Translations under genes and position numbers: made by a program
Notes under the pieces: model-generated
What the model was told of the DNA's origin: nothing
What the model saw: only the letters and a program-made list of their open reading frames with translations
Databases searched by the model: none
Virus record (IMG/VR): IMGVR_UViG_3300016667_000333
Coordinates: 1-64,000 of that record
Length of the DNA: 64,000 nucleotides
Direction: 5' to 3' (one strand)
Source: a virus
Shown: one piece after another, positions 44,779-53,234 of the stretch
Layout: each line of letters starts with the position of its first letter
How positions within the stretch are numbered: the stretch's first letter is position 1

Positions 44779-47700
44779 TTTCAATAATTACCCGGATACA
44801 GGTTGAAGGAAACGACACCGTATCGTTCCTAAACGGAACTACCCCACCGTACCAATACGTGCAGGGCATGAGCCAAATCATGCCGCAGGTTCCTACCTAT
44901 ATCTCTTATGGGTACGACTCTATCAGCATAACGCAGGATGGCTCCAAGACGTTCCAGTTCTCCGTGTACACGGTGACGGACGTTGGTGGTAATACGTTTC
45001 CTGCACTCACCTTCCAGGACCCTTCTACTACCGTACAGGAGAAGACTATTGAAATCTATCGTCTTCTTGTTACTTCTGTATTCAAAGGTTGCTGCGAGTG
45101 CGGTAATACAGAACCGGAGTGTTCTATCCAGTACACGGCGGGTACTGACGCGTCAGTGCTAGGGGTCTTTTACGACGGGGGAAGCGCGGTTAGGTTAAAC
45201 TATTTTACAGCAAACAACCAAGACTTCACGGGCTTCTGGCCCATAATACAGGACGGCTCTTGGCTGTTCATATTCAGCAAGACTGACCCTACTGTTTATG
45301 GTGTTTATCAACTTTCTAACTATTCAGACGGTGGTACATTTGCTCAATTTGACGCGTCTCTTATTGCTGGCCCTGCTGGATTTCCAGATGGCACATCTCT
45401 TTGTGTTGACGTAACAAGCGTGGGTGGCTCTCTCGTACAGGGATGGCAGGACACGTTGGATATCAACTCAACCCTTGACAAGGACAACACCGTAGACGGT
45501 GGAGGCTTTGACTTTGTGTTTGACAACAACAACTCGTTTACCATTAACTCGGCAAACGGTTCTGTTGAGACAGACATCCTGGGCGCTTCGTTAAACGGGG
45601 GCACCAACCAGGTCCTCGTGACACCTACTTACGTCAACGTGGTAACCCCCGGCTACGCAGCGGCAGGGACAGGATGGGTGCTTGCCAAAGACGCCTCTGG
45701 ACACGTAGAGTATGTGGAGGCGGGTACAGGGACTATCAGTTCCATCGGCCTCAATATGCCACCTGCCTTCACGGTCAGCACACCGAACCCTCTCACGAGT
45801 AATGGGGAGTTCACGGTGGACGGGGCTGGTACTGAGCTACAATACATCAACGGACTTGGGGAACTTGCCACGGTTCCGGTGTACACGGTGGCTAACGGCT
45901 TACACACCCAGGAAACTCCTGCCGATCCTAACGTGTTCCACCTGGGCGGACAGCTCATCGAGGACACCGTTATAACTACTACAGACGGGACTACGGAGTA
46001 CGTGCTTGGTGTTTCGGGTACTGTTAATCAAAATTCACGACGCCCCTTGTCTGTGTCTAACCTTGGGCAGGCCGGCGCTGCCGTTTTCTCTGACTACTCT
46101 TCTGGGTTCAGAGCCAACGCGTCTGTTCAGATGCTGACGGACAACGACCTCTTCCAACCGATCCTGGACCTAACCATGCAGGGAGACCTCCCGGCAGGTG
46201 GTATCCTCAACGACCGCACGACAATGCTCCGTTTGAAGTACGACGGAACACCTGCCATTGGTGCTAGGACGTCTATCGACTACCAGTTCAAGAGCGACGC
46301 AGTTTCACCAGCTAATCCATACTTCATAGCTGGACGTTTGACCACAGAAATCACCAACTTTACTGTTGATGAGATGGAGTCAAACTTTGAGTTGCAATTA
46401 TTTAGCGTTGGATCACGCGGCAACAAGCTCGTGATGGAGGGCAAGGGTCAGCTCGAACTTACCAACTATGCCACGAGTCAGTTTTGGAACGGCGACACGA
46501 ACATCAACAACTCTCTTACCTACGTCCTTGCAGTAGACGGCGACGGCAAGGTGTGGAAGAAGTTTGCTGAAGGCGGGGGAACAGTTCAGTCTGTAAGCGT
46601 CAATCCATTGACAGGAATATCCGCTAGTGTTAGCGATCCTACTGTAAACCCTGTAATTACAATAGAAAACACGGCTCCAGACCAAATCGTAATCCTCAAC
46701 GCGGGGGACAACATAACAATTACGGGTACATACCCAGAGTTCACGATTAATGCTGACGGCGGAACAGGCACGGTTGAGCAGGTAAACACCGCAGGACTTA
46801 TTACAGGCGGACCAATTACCACTACTGGGACTATTACCACAAGCGTTAACGAGAACAGGCTTGTTGGTCGTTGGGACGCGGCGGGTACAGGCATTATGCA
46901 GGAGATTACAATTGGAACCAACCTTGATTTAACTGCGGCGGGTGTACTTAACGCTACTGGAGGAGGCGAAACTTACACTGTCAATAATGGTTTGAGTCCA
47001 GATCCTCTTGACGCTAATAATTTTCAGCTAGGCGGTCCACTTGTTCAAGATACCACGATTACTGGAGGCACAGTTCCGTTCACCAATTACCTACACATTG
47101 ATAACCTAAGCGGGTTTAGTCTCGATGTAAACGGAAAAGGGTATTTGATAGCGGAAAATGGCGATGATAAAACACAATTTACCTTTACAAATAAATATGC
47201 ATCATCGAAATACGATAACAATTTAACAGGAGAAACAGCAGAAGTATTAGTTGGTGGAGATTCTTCAATATCTGATGTAAAGGCATATTTAAGAGCTTCT
47301 ACTGTTTTTGGAGAGACTGGAATTTATGCTGGGGTTATTCCTGGTTTTTTGCCATACACGGCAAATATGCTAGGAATTAAAACTCCTAAGGTAGCAAATG
47401 GAACAGCAACTGTAGGTCAAGTCCTTACTTTAAAGAGCATGACTGGATCAGAGGCTGGCCGCGTAGAGTTTGAGGATGCGGGAGGCTCATCCCCCCTCAC
47501 AACCAAGGGCGACATCTACACCTACGACACGGCAGATGCTCGTCTTCCTGTGGGGACAGATGGTCAGATGCTTTACGCAGACAGCACCACGGCTACGGGC
47601 TTGAAGTGGGACGATGCCCCAACTGGCGGCATTCCATTCGGTATAGCCACAGGCACGGACACCTATGCAGTAAGCGCAGGTACGGCTTCTACTTATACAG

Positions 47701-48914
47701 ACGGTGACGCGTACCTTGTTCGATTTACAAACGGAAACACGGGCGCTTCAACTCTGAACGTCAACGGCATAGGAGATGCTGATATGTACAGCAACAGCGA
47801 CGGGCTGTTGATTGGCGGAGACATTTGGGCTGAGTCACAGATGCTGTGTGTATACGACTCATCGCTCCCAGGATTCAAGTGCATCGGAACCTCTACCAAT
47901 AGTTTGTTTGCGTATGTAACCAATGCGGAGGCTACCACGATTACAAAGGGTACAGCCGTTTATGCTGCGGGTGGTACAGGTGACCGAATGACCGTCATGA
48001 AGGCTCTCGCTACAGGAGACTCTACATCGGCTCAGACCGTGGGTATTGTGTTTGCCGACATAGCAGCGGGTCAAAAGGGTATTATTCTCATCCAAGGGGA
48101 ATTGACTGGTCTTAACCTGTTCCCTACATCGGGACAACCCGTTGGTCAAAACTGGTCAGACGGAGATCCTATTTACCTCAGCTCTGCAACTGCCGGGGCT
48201 TTGACGAAGACTAAGCAATACGCCCCCAACCACCTTGTATACCTTGGCGTTTGTGTCAAGGCAAGCAACGGGTCGGCTGGTCGTATGTACGTCCGCATTC
48301 AGAACGGATACGAGTTGGATGAACTTCACAACGTACAGGCGCAGAGTCCTGCCGATAAAGACACGCTGTGGTATGACAACTCGGTTAATCCTAAGCAGTG
48401 GAAGACTGCGTCTATCCCTACGATATTGGGGTATACTCCTGTTCCAAACACAAGGACCCTAACTATTAATAGTACGACATACGATTTGTCTGCTGATAGA
48501 ACGTGGACCATAGCAAACAATGCAACAAGTCTTTTATACCAATCGCAAAATGCAACTAACACACCCGCATCTTCAACTTATTATGGTTGTTTGTTTGGCG
48601 GAGCTTTGTCAATAGTAAGCGCACCTACATTGCGTAGAACACCCATAGCGACAGCGGGTACGATTACAAAACTATATGTGCAGACCTCAACAGCTCAACC
48701 TGCAACAGGATCGTTAGTATGCACAGTACAAAAGAACAGTGTTGACCAGGCATTGACGTTAACCATTGCAGCAGGTAGTGCAGCAGGTGTGTTCACTGAC
48801 CTAGTGAACTCAGTTAGCGTTGTCGCTGGTGATTTGCTAGGAATGAAGTTCGTGAATAACGCCACCACGGTAAGCGCCAACGTTTTAAGTAATCAAGTAA
48901 TACTTACGATATGA
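44775..48914 (+). CDS. Tail fibre / receptor-binding protein
   Basis: 1379 aa; G/T/S/N/V-rich. There is an internal duplication: YTVANGLHTQETPADPNVFHLGGQLIEDTVITT (45882..45980) versus YTVNNGLSPDPLDANNFQLGGPLVQDTTITG (46974..47069). There is also a Cys cluster FKGCCECGNTEPEC (45081..45122). Confidence 0.6.
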   Translation: MISIITRIQVEGNDTVSFLNGTTPPYQYVQGMSQIMPQVPTYISYGYDSISITQDGSKTFQFSVYTVTDVGGNTFPALTFQDPSTTVQEKTIEIYRLLVTSVFKGCCECGNTEPECSIQYTAGTDASVLGVFYDGGSAVRLNYFTANNQDFTGFWPIIQDGSWLFIFSKTDPTVYGVYQLSNYSDGGTFAQFDASLIAGPAGFPDGTSLCVDVTSVGGSLVQGWQDTLDINSTLDKDNTVDGGGFDFVFDNNNSFTINSANGSVETDILGASLNGGTNQVLVTPTYVNVVTPGYAAAGTGWVLAKDASGHVEYVEAGTGTISSIGLNMPPAFTVSTPNPLTSNGEFTVDGAGTELQYINGLGELATVPVYTVANGLHTQETPADPNVFHLGGQLIEDTVITTTDGTTEYVLGVSGTVNQNSRRPLSVSNLGQAGAAVFSDYSSGFRANASVQMLTDNDLFQPILDLTMQGDLPAGGILNDRTTMLRLKYDGTPAIGARTSIDYQFKSDAVSPANPYFIAGRLTTEITNFTVDEMESNFELQLFSVGSRGNKLVMEGKGQLELTNYATSQFWNGDTNINNSLTYVLAVDGDGKVWKKFAEGGGTVQSVSVNPLTGISASVSDPTVNPVITIENTAPDQIVILNAGDNITITGTYPEFTINADGGTGTVEQVNTAGLITGGPITTTGTITTSVNENRLVGRWDAAGTGIMQEITIGTNLDLTAAGVLNATGGGETYTVNNGLSPDPLDANNFQLGGPLVQDTTITGGTVPFTNYLHIDNLSGFSLDVNGKGYLIAENGDDKTQFTFTNKYASSKYDNNLTGETAEVLVGGDSSISDVKAYLRASTVFGETGIYAGVIPGFLPYTANMLGIKTPKVANGTATVGQVLTLKSMTGSEAGRVEFEDAGGSSPLTTKGDIYTYDTADARLPVGTDGQMLYADSTTATGLKWDDAPTGGIPFGIATGTDTYAVSAGTASTYTDGDAYLVRFTNGNTGASTLNVNGIGDADMYSNSDGLLIGGDIWAESQMLCVYDSSLPGFKCIGTSTNSLFAYVTNAEATTITKGTAVYAAGGTGDRMTVMKALATGDSTSAQTVGIVFADIAAGQKGIILIQGELTGLNLFPTSGQPVGQNWSDGDPIYLSSATAGALTKTKQYAPNHLVYLGVCVKASNGSAGRMYVRIQNGYELDELHNVQAQSPADKDTLWYDNSVNPKQWKTASIPTILGYTPVPNTRTLTINSTTYDLSADRTWTIANNATSLLYQSQNATNTPASSTYYGCLFGGALSIVSAPTLRRTPIATAGTITKLYVQTSTAQPATGSLVCTVQKNSVDQALTLTIAAGSAAGVFTDLVNSVSVVAGDLLGMKFVNNATTVSANVLSNQVILTI

Positions 48915-49171
48915 TAACAAGTTTTGATGGTAAAAATTTTACGGTTGAAAACAATGGGCAGGTAATAATATTCAAATGCGGATCAGATTACCTAGACCCT
49001 ATTGAAAATGAGGATGGATCTTTAACATGGTCTACAGTTGGAGATGCTGTTCAAGCTAACCGAAACCTAGTAAGCCAGGCTCTCATTGATCCGATTAAAG
49101 CTAATCGTTTTGCTACTCTTCTCATAGACAATCCATCAACCGCATTTACTATTTTTTTAAGTGAAATATGA
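48911..49171 (+). CDS. Hypothetical protein (fibre chaperone candidate by position only)
   Basis: 86-aa ORF, ATGA-coupled on both sides. Confidence 0.35.
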   Translation: MITSFDGKNFTVENNGQVIIFKCGSDYLDPIENEDGSLTWSTVGDAVQANRNLVSQALIDPIKANRFATLLIDNPSTAFTIFLSEI

Positions 49172-49566
49172 AAAAGATTCTTCGCAAACTTCAACTCTTC
49201 GACGGCATCTGGACTATTCCGCTTGCCTTCTTTGTATTCCTCCTTGCCGGGTCCTACAGCGCTGAGTATTTCGGCGACGGACTCATCTCTACGGAGTACA
49301 TACAGCAGGTAATCCTTGCCGCACTTGTCATGGTTTTTGCTAACTTTGTGGTGTTCCTTGGCGGGTTCTTTAACTTCAGAGGTCTACAGAACTACTTCTA
49401 TAGTAAGGAAGCCAAGCATGAACTAGAATACTCCTCATCACCATGGCAAAGAATCGTTTTATATCTCTGTGTCTACTTTGGACTCTTCTTGTCCTTCCTG
49501 TTTATTCTGTGGCTGATAATGACGGCTACTGCGTCCGCGCCACTGCCGCTTCCTTTGTCGGAGTAA
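49168..49566 (+). CDS. Holin-like three-TM membrane protein
   Basis: 132 aa; TMs IWTIPLAFFVFLLAGSY, VILAALVMVFANFVVFLGGFF and IVLYLCVYFGLFLSFLFILWLIM; immediately upstream of the endolysin. Confidence 0.45.
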   Translation: MKKILRKLQLFDGIWTIPLAFFVFLLAGSYSAEYFGDGLISTEYIQQVILAALVMVFANFVVFLGGFFNFRGLQNYFYSKEAKHELEYSSSPWQRIVLYLCVYFGLFLSFLFILWLIMTATASAPLPLPLSE

Positions 49567-50027
49567 GGGAGAAGGGAGGCAACAACCAAGCCTTCGGGGA
49601 CAAGGAGCTACAGAAGATGATGTACAACGTGGGCTGGAGACCTGGCTACGCGTGGTGCGCGTTCTTTGTCCGTGCGATCCTGGACGAGTGCGGGATACCC
49701 AACACCATTACAGGCTGGAGTCCTTCCGCCTACAACAGAAACGATGTAATCTATACCGATGGGAGATTTTATAAGAGCTTTCGTGATGGCGATGTCCTTG
49801 TTGCCACATACACATACTCAAACTTCAAGAAGTCAAGGTACAAAGGGATCGGTCACACGGGTATCGTAGACCGCGTAGGAGAGCATTCTATTCGTGTAAT
49901 AGAGGGTAACACCAACGAGCAGGGGATGCGCGACTCACGGTCACGGGATGGCGTCTACGTGAAGATCCGTCCACTCTCTAAGAACACCCACATCACCCGG
50001 TGGAAGAGGACAGATAAGTTTCGATAA
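49443..50027 (+). CDS. CHAP-domain endolysin with N-terminal signal-like segment
   Basis: 194 aa; CHAP triad context YAWCAFFV (Cys), GIGHTGIV (His), IEGNTN; N-terminus MAKNRFISLCLLWTLLVLPVYSVA resembles a signal peptide or SAR segment; 124-nt out-of-frame overlap with 49168..49566. Confidence 0.75.
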   Translation: MAKNRFISLCLLWTLLVLPVYSVADNDGYCVRATAASFVGVREKGGNNQAFGDKELQKMMYNVGWRPGYAWCAFFVRAILDECGIPNTITGWSPSAYNRNDVIYTDGRFYKSFRDGDVLVATYTYSNFKKSRYKGIGHTGIVDRVGEHSIRVIEGNTNEQGMRDSRSRDGVYVKIRPLSKNTHITRWKRTDKFR

Positions 50028-50033
50028 ACAAAA

Positions 50034-50054
50034 ATGGGGACGATGTGTCCCCAT
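50034..50054. terminator. Bidirectional hairpin terminator between convergent blocks
   Basis: Perfect 8-bp stem ATGGGGAC/GTCCCCAT with 5-nt loop, A-run upstream and AATT downstream; lies between stops at 50027 (+) and 50082 (-). Confidence 0.6.
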
Positions 50055-50081
50055 AATTGCAATCAATCTATAACATACACA

Positions 50082-51146
50082 CTAGAACAAAAACTCAGTG
50101 TTCTTTTCGAGGTTGTAGCTACGTCCCACGTTCTCGTTCTTACCCTGTGCAGGGAGGAACTCCATGTAGGCGATAACTTCAGCCTCGTATGAAAGGTCGG
50201 GGTTGTAGATAAGCGTTCTGTTTGCCGCGTCCCAAGTGTTGGTTGTACCAGAGGTAACTCGGATTGTAGAGTCAGCCTGTGGGTTGATGCCGATGTTCAG
50301 CGTGCTTCCGTACACGTTGTCCACGGTAATCGCGCCCGGTCCGTTCATCAGTCGGTAGTGCCACATATACCCGCTGTAGGTCTTGTCAAACGAGTTGATA
50401 AGCGTCTTGTAGTCAAATGTCTGTGCGTCCTTTCCGTTGATGTAGAACACGCTCTTGATTTGGTCTGTACCAATCTGCTCGATGTCCATCGCGATGTTGT
50501 TGATGTGGGTGTCTGGGCTTGTTGCCACGCGGTTCCAAGTCCAACGGGTCTTGTACATGAACTCCTCTAGCGGCATACCAATCATCTGTAGGAACTCAGC
50601 CCGGCGGATACGACGTTTGGGGTTGATGGCGTATTTAGACGTCCACTTCACGGCTGGCTTGCCGTCTGGACCCTTGGTCACAAGACGAGCCTTGTAGCCG
50701 ATGCGGATCATAGGGTCTTTCATGTCGTCTGCTACACCCTTCCAGGTCGTCTCGTATGGCTCGTACATGAGGTCGATGCCGTGGTCGCCACACTTAATCT
50801 GCTGCCACACATAGTACACGGTCTGACCTGCAAGGCCACTTGGCTGCTCGTGCTTGACGAACATAGCCGGGCGTGTAAGGGTTGCGATGTTTTCCTCGTC
50901 AATCCCTTCGTACACGAACTTGCCGTGGTGGATTGAGTTGGCTAAGTAGTTCAGAGGGTACATACCGAACAGGTCTGTCTTGTCCTCGTCGAATCCAATC
51001 GTGTAGTATACACGGGTTGGTGAGGACGACACGTCGGTCACTTCGTAAATCCAAGCCTTGCGCTCGGTTCTTGTCTTGATCTGTCCATCGTATTGGGCAA
51101 ACTCCTCTGGGAGTTCCAACACCTCTAGTGCTTTCTGTACTGACAT
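50082..51146 (-). CDS. Hypothetical protein
   Basis: 354-aa ORF with clean coding appearance; no motif recognised; bounded by terminators on both sides. Confidence 0.55.
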   Translation of the reverse strand: MSVQKALEVLELPEEFAQYDGQIKTRTERKAWIYEVTDVSSSPTRVYYTIGFDEDKTDLFGMYPLNYLANSIHHGKFVYEGIDEENIATLTRPAMFVKHEQPSGLAGQTVYYVWQQIKCGDHGIDLMYEPYETTWKGVADDMKDPMIRIGYKARLVTKGPDGKPAVKWTSKYAINPKRRIRRAEFLQMIGMPLEEFMYKTRWTWNRVATSPDTHINNIAMDIEQIGTDQIKSVFYINGKDAQTFDYKTLINSFDKTYSGYMWHYRLMNGPGAITVDNVYGSTLNIGINPQADSTIRVTSGTTNTWDAANRTLIYNPDLSYEAEVIAYMEFLPAQGKNENVGRSYNLEKNTEFLF

Positions 51147-51177
51147 TTGTATTTATTTTAATTAATTTTCATTTGGT

Positions 51178-51209
51178 AAAAAAAGCGGCAGCCACGCTAG
51201 GCCACCGCT
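51178..51209 (-). terminator. Intrinsic terminator (minus strand)
   Basis: Interrupted stem AGCGG..GCC / GGC..CCGCT (51184..51209) followed on the minus strand by T7 (plus A-run 51178..51184). Confidence 0.55.
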
Positions 51210-51224
51210 TCCAACAATAAACAA

Positions 51225-51638
51225 CTATAACAACAATGAATACAGCGACAAGCCGAGAAGGGCTGCCGATGTACATTTCCAAAATATCTTTCTCCTGCGC
51301 TCCTTCTTCATCTCAGCCTTCATGTCGTTGTATGAGGACTTGAGGAAGCGTATCTCAGCGAGTTGGTTCTGTCTCACCTCTTCACAGAGGTCTCCGTTCT
51401 TAATAGCTAGGTCAAGGGCTACCTGTGCGGCCTCGATTTGGTCGCGCATCATCTGAATACGCTGCGAACGGGACTCGATCGTCATCTTGTCTTGACGTAT
51501 GGTCTCGGCAGCGGCAGATATGACCTCCTGAGCCTCCCTAGGAAGCTGTGGACTAGTTGGCTGGGCGTAAGCGCCCGGTACGATACTCGTTGAGAAGATA
51601 ATTCCAAGAGTTAACGTATAAAGTTTTAAGCGAGTCAT
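51225..51638 (-). CDS. Envelope protein: signal peptide, coiled coil, C-terminal TM
   Basis: 137 aa from ATG 51638; MTRLKLYTLTLGIIFSTSIVPGAYAQ signal-like; central heptad region; C-terminal IFWKCTSAALLGLSLYSLLL. Confidence 0.45.
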   Translation of the reverse strand: MTRLKLYTLTLGIIFSTSIVPGAYAQPTSPQLPREAQEVISAAAETIRQDKMTIESRSQRIQMMRDQIEAAQVALDLAIKNGDLCEEVRQNQLAEIRFLKSSYNDMKAEMKKERRRKIFWKCTSAALLGLSLYSLLL

Positions 51639-51951
51639 TGGACATTTTTGGTATTCGTGAAACAATTTTTTGTGCTTTGTCTATGCGTTCCTGTTCTGCA
51701 AGGAACTGCTGTTGGTCTTGTACCATGAACGAGTCGATGGCGGCCTTGGTTGCCGTGATGATGACAGTGTTGGAGTCCATCTGTGCCTGATATTTTTGGG
51801 AAATTTCATGCAGCCTGTCGATGGCTATGGAGTCATGCTCGGAACTCTTCTCGATAACCCCCATGTGGAATACCATGAAGAATACTCCGACAAGTATTAC
51901 AACGGACAGCGCCAGTCCGATGAGCGTGTAGATGTTTTTAGTCTTATCCAT
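51553..51951 (-). CDS. Type-II membrane coiled-coil protein (i-spanin-like architecture)
   Basis: 132 aa; N-terminal TM IYTLIGLALSVVILVGVFFMVF then a helical Q/E-rich region; its 3' end overlaps the next gene by 86 nt out of frame. Confidence 0.45.
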   Translation of the reverse strand: MDKTKNIYTLIGLALSVVILVGVFFMVFHMGVIEKSSEHDSIAIDRLHEISQKYQAQMDSNTVIITATKAAIDSFMVQDQQQFLAEQERIDKAQKIVSRIPKMSNDSLKTLYVNSWNYLLNEYRTGRLRPAN

Positions 51952-51997
51952 TATTCAAAATTAGCGTAACCTAGGTCTTCCCAGGTGGGTGATTCAA

Positions 51998-52612
51998 TCA
52001 TTTTATTCTTTTTGTTAGTTTTCTAGCGGGAGTATGTATCGCTTTATGTGGATCCCAACCCCTTTTTATTCTATGGTATATCGTAGTAAAGTCAGTTTCA
52101 ATCCGCAACCTGTCAATAATCATTCTCAGCGATTCTTTTTTCCCCTCGTACTCTACGTATATGGTGTTTCTTCTGTTATTGCAGTTGGTTTTGCTGTCTA
52201 CAAATCTACAATTTTCTGGGGAATATCCCAAGTAATTATCTATTCGATCTATCTGCAAGCCGTGCTTGTATCCGTTTGCAATAGCCCATGACTTAAACGC
52301 TTGAAATGATTCTAGCCATTCCTTGCATACAGCAATCCCCCTGTCGTAGTAGATATGCTTTTCATGGTGGTTAGGCTTACACCTGGTCCGTATTGAGTTC
52401 CACACAGTGTATAGCTTCGTGTTACTCTCGCCATGCACATCCTTCCCCAGGCATCCGCAAGATTTTATTCTTCCCCTAAACAGATGCAGCTTTCTTATTA
52501 CCTTTTCCCTCCCGCAATCGCATCGGCATAAAAAGGCTTTGTTCTTTTGACCACAGGGCAGTACAATATCTGGAACCTTTTCGATTATAGTCAACATTCC
52601 GTATTTATCCAT
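51998..52612 (-). CDS. HNH/AP2-type free-standing endonuclease-like DNA-binding protein
   Basis: 204 aa. N-terminal Cys cluster CRCDCG..SCGC. This is followed by YTVWNSIRTRCKPNHHEKHIYYDRGIAVCKEWLESFQAFKSW and GLQIDRIDNYLGYSPENCRFVDSKTNCNNRR, the pattern of a phage family usually annotated as HNH endonuclease or AP2-like. Confidence 0.55.
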   Translation of the reverse strand: MDKYGMLTIIEKVPDIVLPCGQKNKAFLCRCDCGREKVIRKLHLFRGRIKSCGCLGKDVHGESNTKLYTVWNSIRTRCKPNHHEKHIYYDRGIAVCKEWLESFQAFKSWAIANGYKHGLQIDRIDNYLGYSPENCRFVDSKTNCNNRRNTIYVEYEGKKESLRMIIDRLRIETDFTTIYHRIKRGWDPHKAIHTPARKLTKRIK

Positions 52613-52629
52613 ATTGCAATTAGTTTTTG

Positions 52630-52637
52630 CAAAGATA
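52630..52637 (-). promoter_or_regulatory. Candidate -7 promoter box (TATCTTTG, minus strand)
   Basis: Plus strand caaagata, 17 nt upstream of ATG 52612. Confidence 0.4.
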
Positions 52638-52693
52638 ACAAAACTTGTTGATTCAAACTACATGAGGTCGTTATTTTTAATAACAAGTTGCGC

Positions 52694-52701
52694 TACCTTT
52701 G
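52694..52701 (+). promoter_or_regulatory. Candidate -7 promoter box (TACCTTTG)
   Basis: Fits TAnnTTTG, 17 nt upstream of ATG 52719; divergent from the 52630..52637 box. Confidence 0.4.
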
Positions 52702-52718
52702 ACATAAGATAGATTAAT

Positions 52719-53234
52719 ATGCCAAGACGAAACGCAAGAACTAGATTCGATACAGTCAGAAAGGCTGGACCAAAGAAGGGGAGCAGGGGTAAGATAAAGG
52801 CCACGCAGAAGATGGTTGATGGGATACAATTCAAGTCCATGCTCGAAGTGTTTACGTACCGCAAACTGATTGAGTTCGAGCTTCGTTTCGAGTATGAAGA
52901 GAAAAAGTTTGTCATCATGCAGGGGTTTGAATATCCAGAGTGTTCTTGGCAAGATACACCGAGCAAGGGGTACGAAGACAAGGGGCATAGCAAGGTCAGA
53001 GACATTACATACACCCCAGACTTCGTTGGGTACGACTCAAGGGGTAACATTAAGTGGGTGATTGAGTGCAAAGGATTTGCTAACGATCGCTTCCCAAACA
53101 CGTGGAAGCTATTCAAAAAAACTTTGGTCGAACAAGGAATTGCTGTTCCGCTGTACCTTCCTAAGAATCAGAAGCAAGTGCTAGAATCTATCGAGAAGAT
53201 ACTTATGTTAGGCGAGCCACCCCTTCTCTCTTGA
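52719..53234 (+). CDS. PD-(D/E)xK nuclease, DUF1064-like
   Basis: 171 aa; DGIQFKSMLEVFTYRKL, ITYTPDF (Asp) and WVIECKG (E-x-K) arranged as in DUF1064-type phage nucleases; the only plus-strand gene inside the minus-strand early block. Confidence 0.55.
   Translation: MPRRNARTRFDTVRKAGPKKGSRGKIKATQKMVDGIQFKSMLEVFTYRKLIEFELRFEYEEKKFVIMQGFEYPECSWQDTPSKGYEDKGHSKVRDITYTPDFVGYDSRGNIKWVIECKGFANDRFPNTWKLFKKTLVEQGIAVPLYLPKNQKQVLESIEKILMLGEPPLLS

Noticed and set aside
52658-53116. 152-aa minus-strand ORF
   Set aside because: Antisense to the DUF1064-like nuclease gene, which has clear PD-(D/E)xK motifs and its own promoter box.
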